Positions 23,653-34,717 of a DNA stretch of 64,000 nt are shown piece after piece (within the stretch, counting starts at the first letter, position 1; every line of letters starts with the position of its first letter). The stretch covers positions 352,001-416,000 of the forward strand of contig CP067995.1 in assembly GCA_045159875.1 (NCBI GenBank), written 5' to 3'. A program made the position numbers and the translations under genes. The notes beneath the pieces are model-generated. The model was not told the DNA's origin, made no database searches, and was given only the letters and a program-made list of their open reading frames with translations. The stretch is from a cyanobacterium endosymbiont of Rhopalodia gibba (GTDB lineage Bacteria > Cyanobacteriota > Cyanobacteriia > Cyanobacteriales > Microcystaceae).

Positions 23653-24540
23653 ATGCAGCAAGTCCGCAACCATTATGCTATTCTAGGGATCCCAAAAAAT
23701 GCTACTAGCGAGGAAGTGAAGAAGTCCTTTCGGAAATTGGCACGACAGTACCATCCTGATGTTAATCCAGGGGATAAGACTGCTGAGGAGAAGTTTAAAG
23801 ATATAAATGAAGCCTATAATACCCTCTCGGATCAGACCAAGCGCGCTGAATACGATTTACAACTTTTTGGCAAAGAGAAACTTCGTTCTAGTCGTGGACG
23901 CGATACAATCCCCCGCAACGATAATGGTAATAATAGTTATTATCGTCAAGACTCCGATTTCTGGAAGTTTAAAAATTTTAGCCCAGGAAACAGCAAACGG
24001 ATTAAAGTCGTTAGGCCTTCTCATTCAGAACGTCGGGATGTAGAAGCTAAGTTAAATTTACCCCTAGAAAAGGCTTATCAGGGTGGACGTGAACGTATTC
24101 GCCTTGAAGATGGGCGATCATTAGAAGTAGAAATGCCCTCAGGAATGATTGATGGGCAAAAAATTCGCCTCAAAGGACAGGGACTCGATGGAGGAGATCT
24201 TTATTTAAAAATTTCTTTAGCAACTCATCCGTATTTTACGTTGCAAGGAATGGATATTTTTTGTCGTATTCCCGTTACTCCTAGTGAAGCTATTCTGGGG
24301 GAAGCCATCGAGATTCCCACCATTGATGGGTTGGTTAAAATGACGGTTCCTAAAGGAGTCCGTTCAGGTCAACGCTTACGTTTAGCTAATAAAGGATATC
24401 CTGATGGCAATGGTAGTCGAGGAGACCAATTAGTAGAAATTCAGATTGCTATTCCCTCAGAAGTTAACGAAGAAGAGTTAGAACTCTATCAAAAAATTCG
24501 CGAAAGAGAAACGTTTAATCCGCGCCAGAATTTTTTTTAG
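23653..24540 (+). CDS. DnaJ-class co-chaperone lacking the zinc finger (DnaK3 partner)
   Basis: J domain with HPD and DnaJ C-terminal domain, no CxxCxGxG. ATG at 23653 preferred over 23638. Confidence 0.93.
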   Translation: MQQVRNHYAILGIPKNATSEEVKKSFRKLARQYHPDVNPGDKTAEEKFKDINEAYNTLSDQTKRAEYDLQLFGKEKLRSSRGRDTIPRNDNGNNSYYRQDSDFWKFKNFSPGNSKRIKVVRPSHSERRDVEAKLNLPLEKAYQGGRERIRLEDGRSLEVEMPSGMIDGQKIRLKGQGLDGGDLYLKISLATHPYFTLQGMDIFCRIPVTPSEAILGEAIEIPTIDGLVKMTVPKGVRSGQRLRLANKGYPDGNGSRGDQLVEIQIAIPSEVNEEELELYQKIRERETFNPRQNFF

Positions 24541-24718
24541 ACGAATTATAAAAATTGCTCACTAATTAACCAATTTAAATCCAAAATAATTAATAATCAT
24601 TACTTGTATCAGATTTATTGGAATGATCGAGGCTTCTATTGAAAAAAATAAAGCTATTTTGCAAATGTCCGCTTAAACTAAAATCACACTTTTTTTCAGA
24701 AAATATAGTTCAAGCCTT

Positions 24719-25912
24719 ATGGATACTAAAGTCTTTAAACGTTTATTGCAACAGTCAGAACACTACCATCGTAAAGGATTTGGCCATAGGTCAGAAATCA
24801 TGAATATTCTGAGTGCAGAGTACCAAAGTTCTTTGATTCAACAAATCCGTCAAAATAACTATCGATGGCAAGAGGGAAAAGTAACGATTCACCTAGCAAA
24901 AGCATTTGGATTTTGTTGGGGGGTTGAACGGGCTGTTGCAATGGCTTATGAAACCCGTCAACATTTTCCTAATCAACGTATTTGGATTACCAATGAAATT
25001 ATTCATAATCCTTCTGTTAATCAACGACTTTTAGAAATGAACGTAGGTTTTATCGAAGTGATTAATAATCATAAAGACTTTTCTATAGTTAAAAAAGGAG
25101 ATGTAGTTATCTTGCCAGCTTTTGGAGCAAGTGTTACCGAAATGCAACTTTTAAATGATAAAGGTTGCACCATTGTAGATACTACTTGTCCTTGGGTTTC
25201 TAAAGTTTGGAATTCTGTAGAAAAACACAAAAAACGTCATTATACTTCTATAATTCACGGAAAATATCTTCATGAAGAGACTGTTGCTACTAGTTCATTT
25301 GCAAAGAATTATTTAGTCGTCTTAAATTTAGAAGAAGCTAACTATGTCTGCGATTATATCCTTAATAGAGGAAACAAAAAAGATTTTTTAGATAAGTTTA
25401 AGAATGCCCATTCACCAGGATTTAATCCTGATTATGATTTAGAAAAGTTGGGGATTGCTAATCAGACAACTATGTTAAAAAGTGAAACAGAACAAATTAG
25501 TGAAATTTTTGAAAAAACAATTATTAAAAAATATGGACTAGCTACTTTAAATGACCATTTCATGAGTTTCAATACAATCTGTAACGCCACTCAAGAACGT
25601 CAAGATGCTATGTTAAAATTAGTTAAAGAAAAGTTAGACTTAATGGTAGTCATTGGAGGGTTTAATTCTTCTAACACCACTCATTTGCAAGAAATCGCTA
25701 TCGAACGACAAATTCCATCGTATCATATTGATGATGCCACTCGTATAAAACCGAACAATGCCATTGAACATAAACCTTTAGGTAGAGACTTAGAACTGAA
25801 GGAAAACTGGCTCCAAGACGGTTCTATTATTGTTGGTGTTACTTCTGGAGCATCTACTCCCGATATTGTTGTAGAGGCGGTTATTAATAAGATCTGTACC
25901 ACTAAAAATTAG
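24719..25912 (+). CDS. ispH: 4-hydroxy-3-methylbut-2-enyl diphosphate reductase
   Basis: [35 protein letters not shown] and TSGASTPD motifs. Confidence 0.98.
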   Translation: MDTKVFKRLLQQSEHYHRKGFGHRSEIMNILSAEYQSSLIQQIRQNNYRWQEGKVTIHLAKAFGFCWGVERAVAMAYETRQHFPNQRIWITNEIIHNPSVNQRLLEMNVGFIEVINNHKDFSIVKKGDVVILPAFGASVTEMQLLNDKGCTIVDTTCPWVSKVWNSVEKHKKRHYTSIIHGKYLHEETVATSSFAKNYLVVLNLEEANYVCDYILNRGNKKDFLDKFKNAHSPGFNPDYDLEKLGIANQTTMLKSETEQISEIFEKTIIKKYGLATLNDHFMSFNTICNATQERQDAMLKLVKEKLDLMVVIGGFNSSNTTHLQEIAIERQIPSYHIDDATRIKPNNAIEHKPLGRDLELKENWLQDGSIIVGVTSGASTPDIVVEAVINKICTTKN

Positions 25913-25999
25913 ATATTTACTCAAAACTAGTAATTGCTTTTATTATCTTCAACTAATGTATCTCCAGTTGTCAGTTTTTACTGATAATTGAGAGCTTAA

Positions 26000-26730
26000 A
26001 TGATGTCAATTAATCTTCCAGTATCTTAATTAATAGCTTATGAATTAAAATGAGTAATTGGTGACGTGAATTGGATTCTGAAAAGAGGAGAATAACTAAG
26101 TTAAATAGGATCAAATGGCTCAGCAAATAAAACTTTTTTTAAAAAACTAGTCTCTTATTGACGCCCTTAGAAATATTTTCCTCTAATTTCATTGTTTAAA
26201 ATATAGCCATCTTACCTTGAAAAACTCATTTATGCTAGTTTAAATTTACCCCAATTAATTAACTTAGGATAAATTTTCTATCAACTTTAATTGAATCTAA
26301 AAAATAGATAAATAGTGAACAAAATCATTGAAGAAACGTAATCAAAAAAAATTTTATAATTTCCCCATTACTAAGTTATCAGGAAAAGAAGAACAATAGA
26401 TATTTTTATCTTTAACATGGGCACAAAATCTCTGGTCTAATTATTTAGATGAATCGACAACTTATTTGGAGATTCACTCTCAATCTCAATTATTAGAATT
26501 ACTCAAGAGACTTCAACACGATTGCAAGTTAACCATGATTACTGTTTTACATGATATTAATTTAGCCGTTCATTACAGTGATCGCCTATCTCTTCTCAAG
26601 TAAGGCAAATTATATATATAGAGTAGATTGTCCTATTAATGTCCTGAAACCACATATTCTAAAAAATATTTTTAGAATATGTGGTTGCTATTATAAAAAC
26701 TTTCATTAAGCTACAAATTCGTTTGTTAAA
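26000..26730 (+). pseudogene. ABC transporter ATP-binding protein (Fe-chelate/cobalamin, FhuC/BtuD-like) pseudogene
   Basis: Decayed Walker A (GE*LS*IGSNGSA), signature LSGKEEQ, Walker B YLDESTTYLE, then QLLELLKRL...TMITVLHDINLAVHYSDRLSLLK*GKLY. Multiple stops. Boundaries approximate. Confidence 0.88.
26648..26686. repeat. Perfect inverted repeat, 18-bp arms, 3-nt loop, inside the ABC ATPase pseudogene
   Basis: aaccacatattctaaaaa-ata-tttttagaatatgtggtt. Confidence 0.92.
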
Positions 26731-26779
26731 TTTATTCTTGATTATTTCCCTTGATTCAGAAAATAATAGTTATAATTCA

Positions 26780-27515
26780 TCGCTTTTAAATGGTTATTTT
26801 TATAAAAATTTATAGTCTATTTTCTAGAATTTTAATCTAAAATATTTTAAAATAATTAATATTATACGGTTAATATAAAAAATTTATTTACCATAAAGTT
26901 ATCCCTTAACGTCATGGACAGAAAATCTGATTAATTAGATAAAATAAAATCAGTTGAAATTGTGTAAATTAGTTGATTGTAAAATAATAAAAAATTTTAG
27001 AATTTTTCTAAATTTTTTGAAGAACAAATAGCTCTTAGATTATAAAAAAATATTGCTCTTAAATCTACTTCATCTAAGTTACAGTGGTTAAAAATTTCTG
27101 CTTTAGCAACAAAAATTAAAAGCCGACAAAGTTTAATAAAAATCAGTTAACAATTTGCTTAAATTATTAAAGATTTCTAGTTTAGTATTTGTAAGTCTTC
27201 ACCCTATTGAATCAGGAGATAAAATAGGTTAAGCAGGAGATTTATTAACTATGTTTAAGATTAAAAATCTTGCTGCCAACTTTTAAGAAAACTCGCCCGT
27301 TGGTAGATACATTAAGTTTTCTGCATAAAGATTATCACAAGAAAATATTAATACCTTGTTAATTATTAGTATTACTCAATAAAGATTGCTTAAAGATTTT
27401 ATTAATGAACTTTTTCTGCATAACTAAAAGCAGCATAAACTGAATCAACTTTATCGAATTTATTATTAGATTTTAGTCAATACGAAAAATTTTAAAAACT
27501 TGTCAATAATTAAAA
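26780..27515 (+). pseudogene. ABC transporter periplasmic binding protein (BtuF/FecB-like) pseudogene
   Basis: Fragments VIPLTSWTENLI and *AGDLLTMFKIKNLAANF*ENSPVGRYIKFSA*R...TCQ*LK resemble cyanobacterial helical-backbone binding proteins (WAGDLL..F.AKNL.A..QG.SP.GGYVTLSAEK). Adjacent to the ATPase remnant. Boundaries approximate. Confidence 0.65.
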
Positions 27516-29055
27516 TAGATCTTTAAAAAACATAATAAGTAAAAAAAAGTAGCTAATACTCCCTCTTAAATTTTAATTTAATAAAAATAAATAATATTTT
27601 GTGACTACAACTTTAATTGTATACAATCAGATATGCCAAATAAACTTTTTGATAGTAATCAGTTATTTTAATAGTCACAACATCTATTTTAGACTTGTTC
27701 TTTGAATTAATTTATTTCTTAAAAGAACCAATCAAATTTAATATATCTAATTTAATTTAGTTTTTTATTCTTTATTTTACTATTTTTTTGCAAGAACACA
27801 TTTTTTTTATTGTAACCTAAATTTTTAAAAAAAACTGAATTTTTTAAGTGTTTTAGCTTATCATTTAAAACTTTTTTTCCGATGATCTAATCAAACATAA
27901 CTTGTTTCATCAGATGGTATTAAATCCAATAACTATACCCTCTGAAAAGAGCATAGGAAGTTTAACCCAAAATAATGATTTAAATTTTAATTCTTTCTTT
28001 GATTTTCCTGTAAAAATTACAATGGTTTAGCAAGACCTATTTTATTTCATCAAATATGTTGTAATTTTTACGAATTCAAGGCTCATATACTAATATTCGT
28101 CATTTCTATGTTTGCTCTAATTCTGGAGAGTAAATTGGCAAATATTTTTTAGATAATTCCTGAAAAAATTATATCTTTATCCAAATATTCCTCAACTAAA
28201 TTTAGCTATTTTCTATTCACTCTTGTAGTTTAATCCCATAAAATTTTTCCCGTTAATAGCTTGACAAATACGCAGATACATTACTATTTTTAGCCCTGGC
28301 GCACCATATTTGTTTACCTTTTATTATGAGTAGGTTTTCAAACCAAATTTAGTATTAAATTTATTTGCCACTACTCCTGCCTATGGCAATTGATTGACAA
28401 CATTATTATAGAGCTTCCTAAGATGTATACTAACCTAGTCAAAATCTTTTTCTTCTAGAATTTAAGCTATTTGACTATTTCTTCGTAAATTCTTGTTTCT
28501 ATGATTTCTAAGCTCACTTCTTTATTTAAATCTAATATTTATTTTTTAAGCATAGTAATTCTACCAATTGCTTACCGTTTTCATATCTGAAGGTTTTCTA
28601 TTTATAGTTATTTACCTATATTTTTAATAATTGTTTCTATTTTTTTATAACTTACTTACTTTTCAGGGCTATATTCTTCCTGTCACTATTTAAGACTTTT
28701 TCAAGAATCTTAATCTTAAATATTTAAGTATTTTTTCTTTTGTTTTAAGTCAACTTAACTATTTTTTCATTATATCTACACATTGATTGCATGTTGTTTT
28801 ACAACGCTCTATCTTGATGAAAATAGTTTTCTTTACCCCAAAAAAATCTATCATAGTTTATTCATTATTTTAATGAAGTTTATTGGTAGTCGAGCCACAG
28901 TACATATAAACAGTACATATAAGTTGTTGTTTGGTCTATTTTTTTAAAGAATAAAACTATTATCTATTTTAGAGTTTGACAATGAAAATAGTTGGGGTTA
29001 CAAACCCAATAACTTTGTTCATTAAACTAAGTTAAACATTTCGTCCTATCAATAT

Positions 29056-29089
29056 AAATTTTGTAAAATTCAATATTTTTACAAAATTT
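29056..29089. repeat. AT-rich inverted repeat, 13-bp arms
   Basis: aaattttgtaaaa / ttttacaaaattt. Confidence 0.6.
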
Positions 29090-29586
29090 TATTATCAACA
29101 AAATCTACCATAACAAAATTTATATAATTAAATACTTTTGCTAAGCTGATTATTGACAATAAAACTTTATTTGAGATGTTTACATAACAGATTATTTTGA
29201 GTTAAAATCAGTGGGTGCTATAGTGTTAATTGCCTGATAGTAATTATTAAAAAATATTAAAATATTCCCCGATGCCTTAAATAGAAATGGATCTCTATAA
29301 ATCTCTAAAACCTTAGTCGAATAAGGACCTTGAAAAAAAAATGAGATTTAACTTTAATCAAGATACCAAAATTTCTTAATTGAATTTATGGGAAGATTTC
29401 TCAGATCACAGTAGAATGAGGAAAGACGCATAGCAAAAGTCATTAGAGTCAAGGATTATTTAGATTCCTACACCAAGTTTACAGGTGGAACTCTACTTGT
29501 TGTTGGAGTTTAGAATAAAGAGTCTATCCTAGCCTACACTTCGACTGCTATAAAATTCAGAGTGCGGATTGCTCAGGAGGTGCGCA

Positions 29587-29799
29587 ATGACAGTTTTAAA
29601 TGCAAGGCGGCCAGACATTTCGGCGTTAACGAAAGAGGAGGTCGCGGATTTAGCTAAGCGATTAGAACAGGATGATTATAGTAACCCCTTTGACGCCCTC
29701 AACGACTGGCATTTACTGAGAGCGGTCGCTTTTCAATGCCAAGAATTGGCTGAACCATATCTATATCTACTCGACATTGAAGCGTACGATGAAGCCTAA
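29587..29799 (+). CDS. DUF2555 family small protein (IsiD-like)
   Basis: VADLAKRLEQDDYSNPFDALNDWHLLRAVAF...EPYLYLLDIEAYDE. Strong AGGAGG RBS at 29575-29580 ahead of ATG 29587. Confidence 0.88.
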   Translation: MTVLNARRPDISALTKEEVADLAKRLEQDDYSNPFDALNDWHLLRAVAFQCQELAEPYLYLLDIEAYDEA

Positions 29800-29854
29800 T
29801 CATCTTAGATTATTTTAGGCATTAACACCTTAATTTAGTAAACATCAAGCAGCT

Positions 29855-29886
29855 CCCGCACTGCAATCGTAGTGTGGGCTTTTTTT
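29855..29886 (+). terminator. Rho-independent terminator of the DUF2555 gene
   Basis: Stem cccgcactgc/gtagtgtggg (2 G-U pairs), 4-nt loop, followed by a T run. Confidence 0.75.
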
Positions 29887-29977
29887 ATCTCTTCTCTTTT
29901 TCTGTTACTTTTTACTATGTTGTGATCTTATTAATATTCCAATTATTTTAACGAATTGAGAGTATTCAGGCTCTAAG

Positions 29978-30025
29978 ATTTTTTTAAATGAGCTTCAATA
30001 ATTATTGAAGCTCATTTAAAAAAAT
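29978..30025. repeat. Perfect 48-bp palindrome without loop
   Basis: atttttttaaatgagcttcaataa|ttattgaagctcatttaaaaaaat. Confidence 0.95.
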
Positions 30026-32386
30026 AGCTTTAGCTCTAGCTAAAAGTTTGTATGATTTCATATTAAATATTTAAGATATTTTTAAAAATTTAATTGTCTT
30101 AAAAAAAAATACAAAATTTAACTAAGTTCTTTTAAGAAAATAAAAGATTCAAATAATTTCAGCTAGTATTCTATAGTTAAAATAACTAATCGTTTCTATT
30201 ACCCCATTACTTTCTTATACTAATGGAATTGCTTTAGTTACTGGGTTTCCCTTTCTAATAATTACTCATATGGTTGTTGCTTCTAGTTAAGTGATTATTA
30301 CTGTGCTTTCAGCAACAAGGTTAAAACCCAAATAACCTGAGCCACAATAAATCTTTAAACGATAGTTCAATAAACAACTTAAAAAAGTGAAATAACTCAG
30401 TCAAAACAATTACAACAACAAATTAATCAAAACTTTAGTAAAAATTAGGTTTGTTTAGACTGTTTAATTGCTATGCAGATAGTTTACATTTTTGTTACAT
30501 AAGCTCCTCGAAAGGAAGATAAAATTAGTCAAATTTTTTCTAAATAAAATTGCTATTTTCCATTTAAAAATTAAATTATTAACCCCTATAAGTAAAAAAT
30601 AAAATTTCTTTGAGTAGTTTAAAACATGATCTTAAATTTTAAAAAACCGGAGAAGATCTCCGTCAAGCTCAAATTTCTAACCGCCATCATATTATTCAAG
30701 ACCCAGCTAGAAATCTGCAACAATTATGAAATCAACTAAGAACAACAAATATTTACAAAACAGAAGAAATTTAAAATTTAAAACTGTTAACTGAAAAAAT
30801 TAAAAGATAATAGAAATAATTGAGAATTGAGTATTTTAACTCAGAGTGAAGTATATTCTATCCTAAGTTTAATTAACTAGTAGATAATAACCTTCAAAAT
30901 CCTTATTCTTATTCTGTTCTGTAACTCCAAAAATCTAATTTATATAGAAATTTTTTGAAATCTTGGAGATCTTCCGAAAGGAGATTCTCAGTCTCTTTTC
31001 ATTATAATTTTGTCACAGATAGTTTATAAGAGTCATAATTAGCATGATTAACTCTCGATTATAATAGAATATTTTTTATACTACATGTTAACTATAACAA
31101 GTTATTTATCAATAAAAAAAATAAAACTAAAAAGCGATCATAGAAAAAAAATATCGCTTTAATCTTCTTGGGACTTATTTATACTTAATTACTATAGATA
31201 AAATAAAATTTTATAGTTATTAATAAAACATAATTATCAGAACTTTTATAAATTTTAGAAAAACAATCAAAACAACCCTAATATTAACTGATATCCTAAG
31301 CTTAAAACTTTTTAAAATATAGTTAATAACTATATCCTAGAATAATAATGACTTCAACTAAACTTTTGTTATTCCTTTCTCTGGTGAATCATTTACATAA
31401 TTATAAGAACGGGAAAAAAATAAAAATAAAAGCGATTATTATAATAAACTTCAACCCATTGATAAAAATCTTTGGAGGTAATTGCTTGGATAAAAAGAGA
31501 ACAAGTTGTGTTTTGTAATAGTAATTTTAAGCATGAAAAGATTGCACAGGCTATGTTAGCTAAAAATCCGGGTAAATTTAGATTGTTACTTACTTTTATT
31601 GCGAACCTTTTCTGTAATTTGTTGCGGATTATATAGTAATGATCAATCTTTAAAAATTTTAATTAATCTAAAGCCTTTTTTTTAAACAAAATCCTTTTCA
31701 TTTTTCCCTAAACATTTATTATTAGTTATTTTTGGATATCTCTTATTAGAGGTAGTTACAAACAGACAGTATAATTAGAGGAAGGTCACTAAGTTACTCC
31801 AAAAGAAAAGTATTTTTATCCAAGTTTTATCGGCCTCATTTTATCTAGCTTAGATTTTCACAATAAATAGCTAACAACTATTCTCTCTTTAGAGAATTTT
31901 TCTTTAAAAAACCTTAAGACACTAGGGTAGGGAAATGCGATAGCTATCTTGAATAGTCATAGAATTACTACAACCTTGCCTACCATACAAGAGTATTTAG
32001 TTAATATAATTGATAATTAAAGCTCTATTCCATAGAGAGTGCTCACAATTATTGCTAATAAAATCAAAAAATATTTCTAATAAAAAAAAAAGAAACCATC
32101 CATCAAATTTTTTTAAAATTTGGGAACTATTGAGATGAATTTATAGTAAAAATATATTTTTTAGGTTTATTTTTTAAACCGCATTGCAAATAGAACTATT
32201 ACTCATAGTAAAATCCTGATTTTATTTAAAAAAAAATATTAAAATTTATACGCTTAAAGTATTGTTCCTTAATAGTCTACTATGACTGGAAATAATCCTA
32301 GAATAAAGTGAATCATCAAGACAGTAGTAAACTACTGAAATAAAAATTGGATTATCTAAAAAGATAACTGAGTATATCTGGTTATT

Positions 32387-33244
32387 CTATGGTCTACCAT
32401 AAATATGGTTTTCAGTTTTTTTGGGTTTCAATCTAATATCAACCGGTCTAGCAACTATAATTCCAACAGAATTTTTAACGTTTATCACATAGGATTGTAA
32501 ATCCTTAGCAAGGGTGACTTGTCCAGCAGGAGAAGCATGAATAAAACTGATATTTCCTTCTATAGTTTGATAAATTAAACCAGTGTGGGTAACATCTAAA
32601 CCATCAATATTAGTAGCAACACTAATAATATCTCCTGGGTTTAGTTGAGAATAAATTTGTTTTACTTTATTATTAGGGATATAGGTTAAAACTATCTTGT
32701 TGATTTTATTTTCCCTTTCTACAATACATTCATAGTTATTTTTATTAGTTGCTAACTTAGGATATAAGATTTTATTTTGACTCATAAAATAAAGCTTTTT
32801 ATCAAATTTAATCCCCCCTAACTCCGCCGTAATATTTTTAACATTCCCTCGTTTTTGATTATCATTGATCCAATCCGAAAAGTAATGTAGTCGACTACAA
32901 TAATCATTCATAAAACCATTAATATAACGTTGCTCTTGTAGATGTTTAGTAAAGGTTTGATATCCCCTATCATTTAAAGTAATATTACGAGTAATGGCTA
33001 AAACAGTTTCCACAAACAAAACACAATCAAATTTGTTGAATGAAATAAATAATTGTTCTTTTTCAAATGTTTCTAACAAACCTGCTTTATAAGTTGATCC
33101 CAGAAATTGTTCTGCAATTTTTTGCATAATTTTTCCCATTGATAACTTGGATGAATCATGATTATTTACTGAATTAACAATGCTTTTAAACTGTTTTTCT
33201 AATTCAAGCTGATAAAACTTTCTTTTATATAATTGAGCTATCAT
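32387..33244 (-). CDS. DUF1460 / NlpC-P60-like N-acetylmuramoyl-L-alanine amidase-like protein
   Basis: FDCVLFVETVLA (Cys), SRLHYFSDWI, GLDVTHTGL (His) and IHASP motifs. No in-frame signal peptide. Confidence 0.85.
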   Translation of the reverse strand: MIAQLYKRKFYQLELEKQFKSIVNSVNNHDSSKLSMGKIMQKIAEQFLGSTYKAGLLETFEKEQLFISFNKFDCVLFVETVLAITRNITLNDRGYQTFTKHLQEQRYINGFMNDYCSRLHYFSDWINDNQKRGNVKNITAELGGIKFDKKLYFMSQNKILYPKLATNKNNYECIVERENKINKIVLTYIPNNKVKQIYSQLNPGDIISVATNIDGLDVTHTGLIYQTIEGNISFIHASPAGQVTLAKDLQSYVINVKNSVGIIVARPVDIRLKPKKTENHIYGRP

Positions 33245-33724
33245 ATCATTTAATCTATTATTACTATCCGCGTTCTCTATAATTTATACTACAAAAAATA
33301 CTTTTTCTAGAACAAAATATTATTTAACCAATACTTACTAATTATTGATAAATCTATTTTAATAGATAAAATAAAAGAATTAACTGCAATATTATTACTC
33401 CCATTTAGATTAATTTTAATTGGCTATTCATCACTTCTTAAGTAGTAATTTTTGTTACTGTATTAATAGCACATTTTTTATTATTATTCAAATAATAATT
33501 AGCTTCATTAACGATAGATTTAAAAGACTCAGTTGGTGCCATTGTTTTTCATCAATTTTTGATATATTTGTATTTTTCAGTAATGATCCTTCAATAATAG
33601 TCGATAAGAAGCTTACATTAAAAGTAAGAATAAAAAATCATATAAACTAAGGTTGGGGCATTATCAAAGAAATTATAAACTTTTTTAAGCAAATCAACTA
33701 AATATAGACTAAATTACTTGGTTT

Positions 33725-33762
33725 ATATAAACAGATGTTAATTAATTAACATCTGTTTATAT
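33725..33762. repeat. Perfect 38-bp palindrome without loop
   Basis: atataaacagatgttaatt|aattaacatctgtttatat. Confidence 0.95.
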
Positions 33763-34717
33763 TGGTATTATTATTCGGTAATTTTAATTAGTAATAATTT
33801 ATTAAAAGCTGTATTATATTTACTTTTTTATTTATAGATTAAAGAGAGCTTATGAAAAACTTATTCAAGGTATTCATTAATAATGCTATATTATTAGATA
33901 ATATTTTTGCTAGTATTAATTACTAATTTTTTTCAAGTAAGAATAAATTTTAGTAAACTAACTAAGTTTATTTTATGAATTAATTTTGGTAAATTTACAA
34001 TCAATGTTTTTTAATAAAAAAAGTTAACTTAGTTTGGTAAACATGAGTAAAAATCTTCTTGGTTCTATAAAAATCAATAATATTTGATCGTCCTTACTTA
34101 ATTAATAAAGATAGAAGTTTTTAGGTTATAAAATAGTTAATCTTATTTGAAGAATATTAAATACTTAAACTCTACCTTAATGTGAGTTATTAGCAATAAT
34201 TTGAAATTAGGTATATTACACTGAAAACAGTAGGTAAACTAACTGATTATATACTTTACCGATTGCTAAATCAATTGCTTGCTTCATTGATACCTTATAT
34301 TAAGGTCTCTAGAATTTAGGTATTCTTGAGTTTGAAAATATTCCTTAATTTTCGACCGACAGTTTTCAACGTGGTAAAAAGCAGAGGAATAAGGAAATAA
34401 AAATATGAGTCCTACTTATTTCTGGGAATTCTATCAGTTATCTAACTTTTGCAACTTTGTGAGCTGTAAATTTTCCACGAATACACAGGAGCCTGGGCAT
34501 AGTTATGGTATCAATATTTCTGTTTTATCGCTGAATTTAGCGTTAATTTTAAATTAACTAACTTTAATTATTTACTTAAAGATGGATATGAAATTATTTT
34601 TATCCCTCCTGTTAGTGGGGGATATACTGTCCGCAATCCTAAATCCATAATTTAGGATTGAAGTAGAGGCAGGAAGACAGGAAAGAAATTATTCTAACTT
34701 CTGTCTATTTTTTCCTT

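Noticed and set aside
28898..28922. Short tandem duplication acagtacatata(a) x2
   Set aside because: Only two copies, consistent with ordinary slippage.
29851..29886. Resemblance of the reverse strand to an IS200/IS605 (TnpB) right end
   Set aside because: The similarity is short and no tnpB remnant is visible. A simple terminator explains it.
33420..33650. 76-aa plus-strand ORF
   Set aside because: Low-complexity I/F-rich translation of AT-rich DNA with no RBS or motif.
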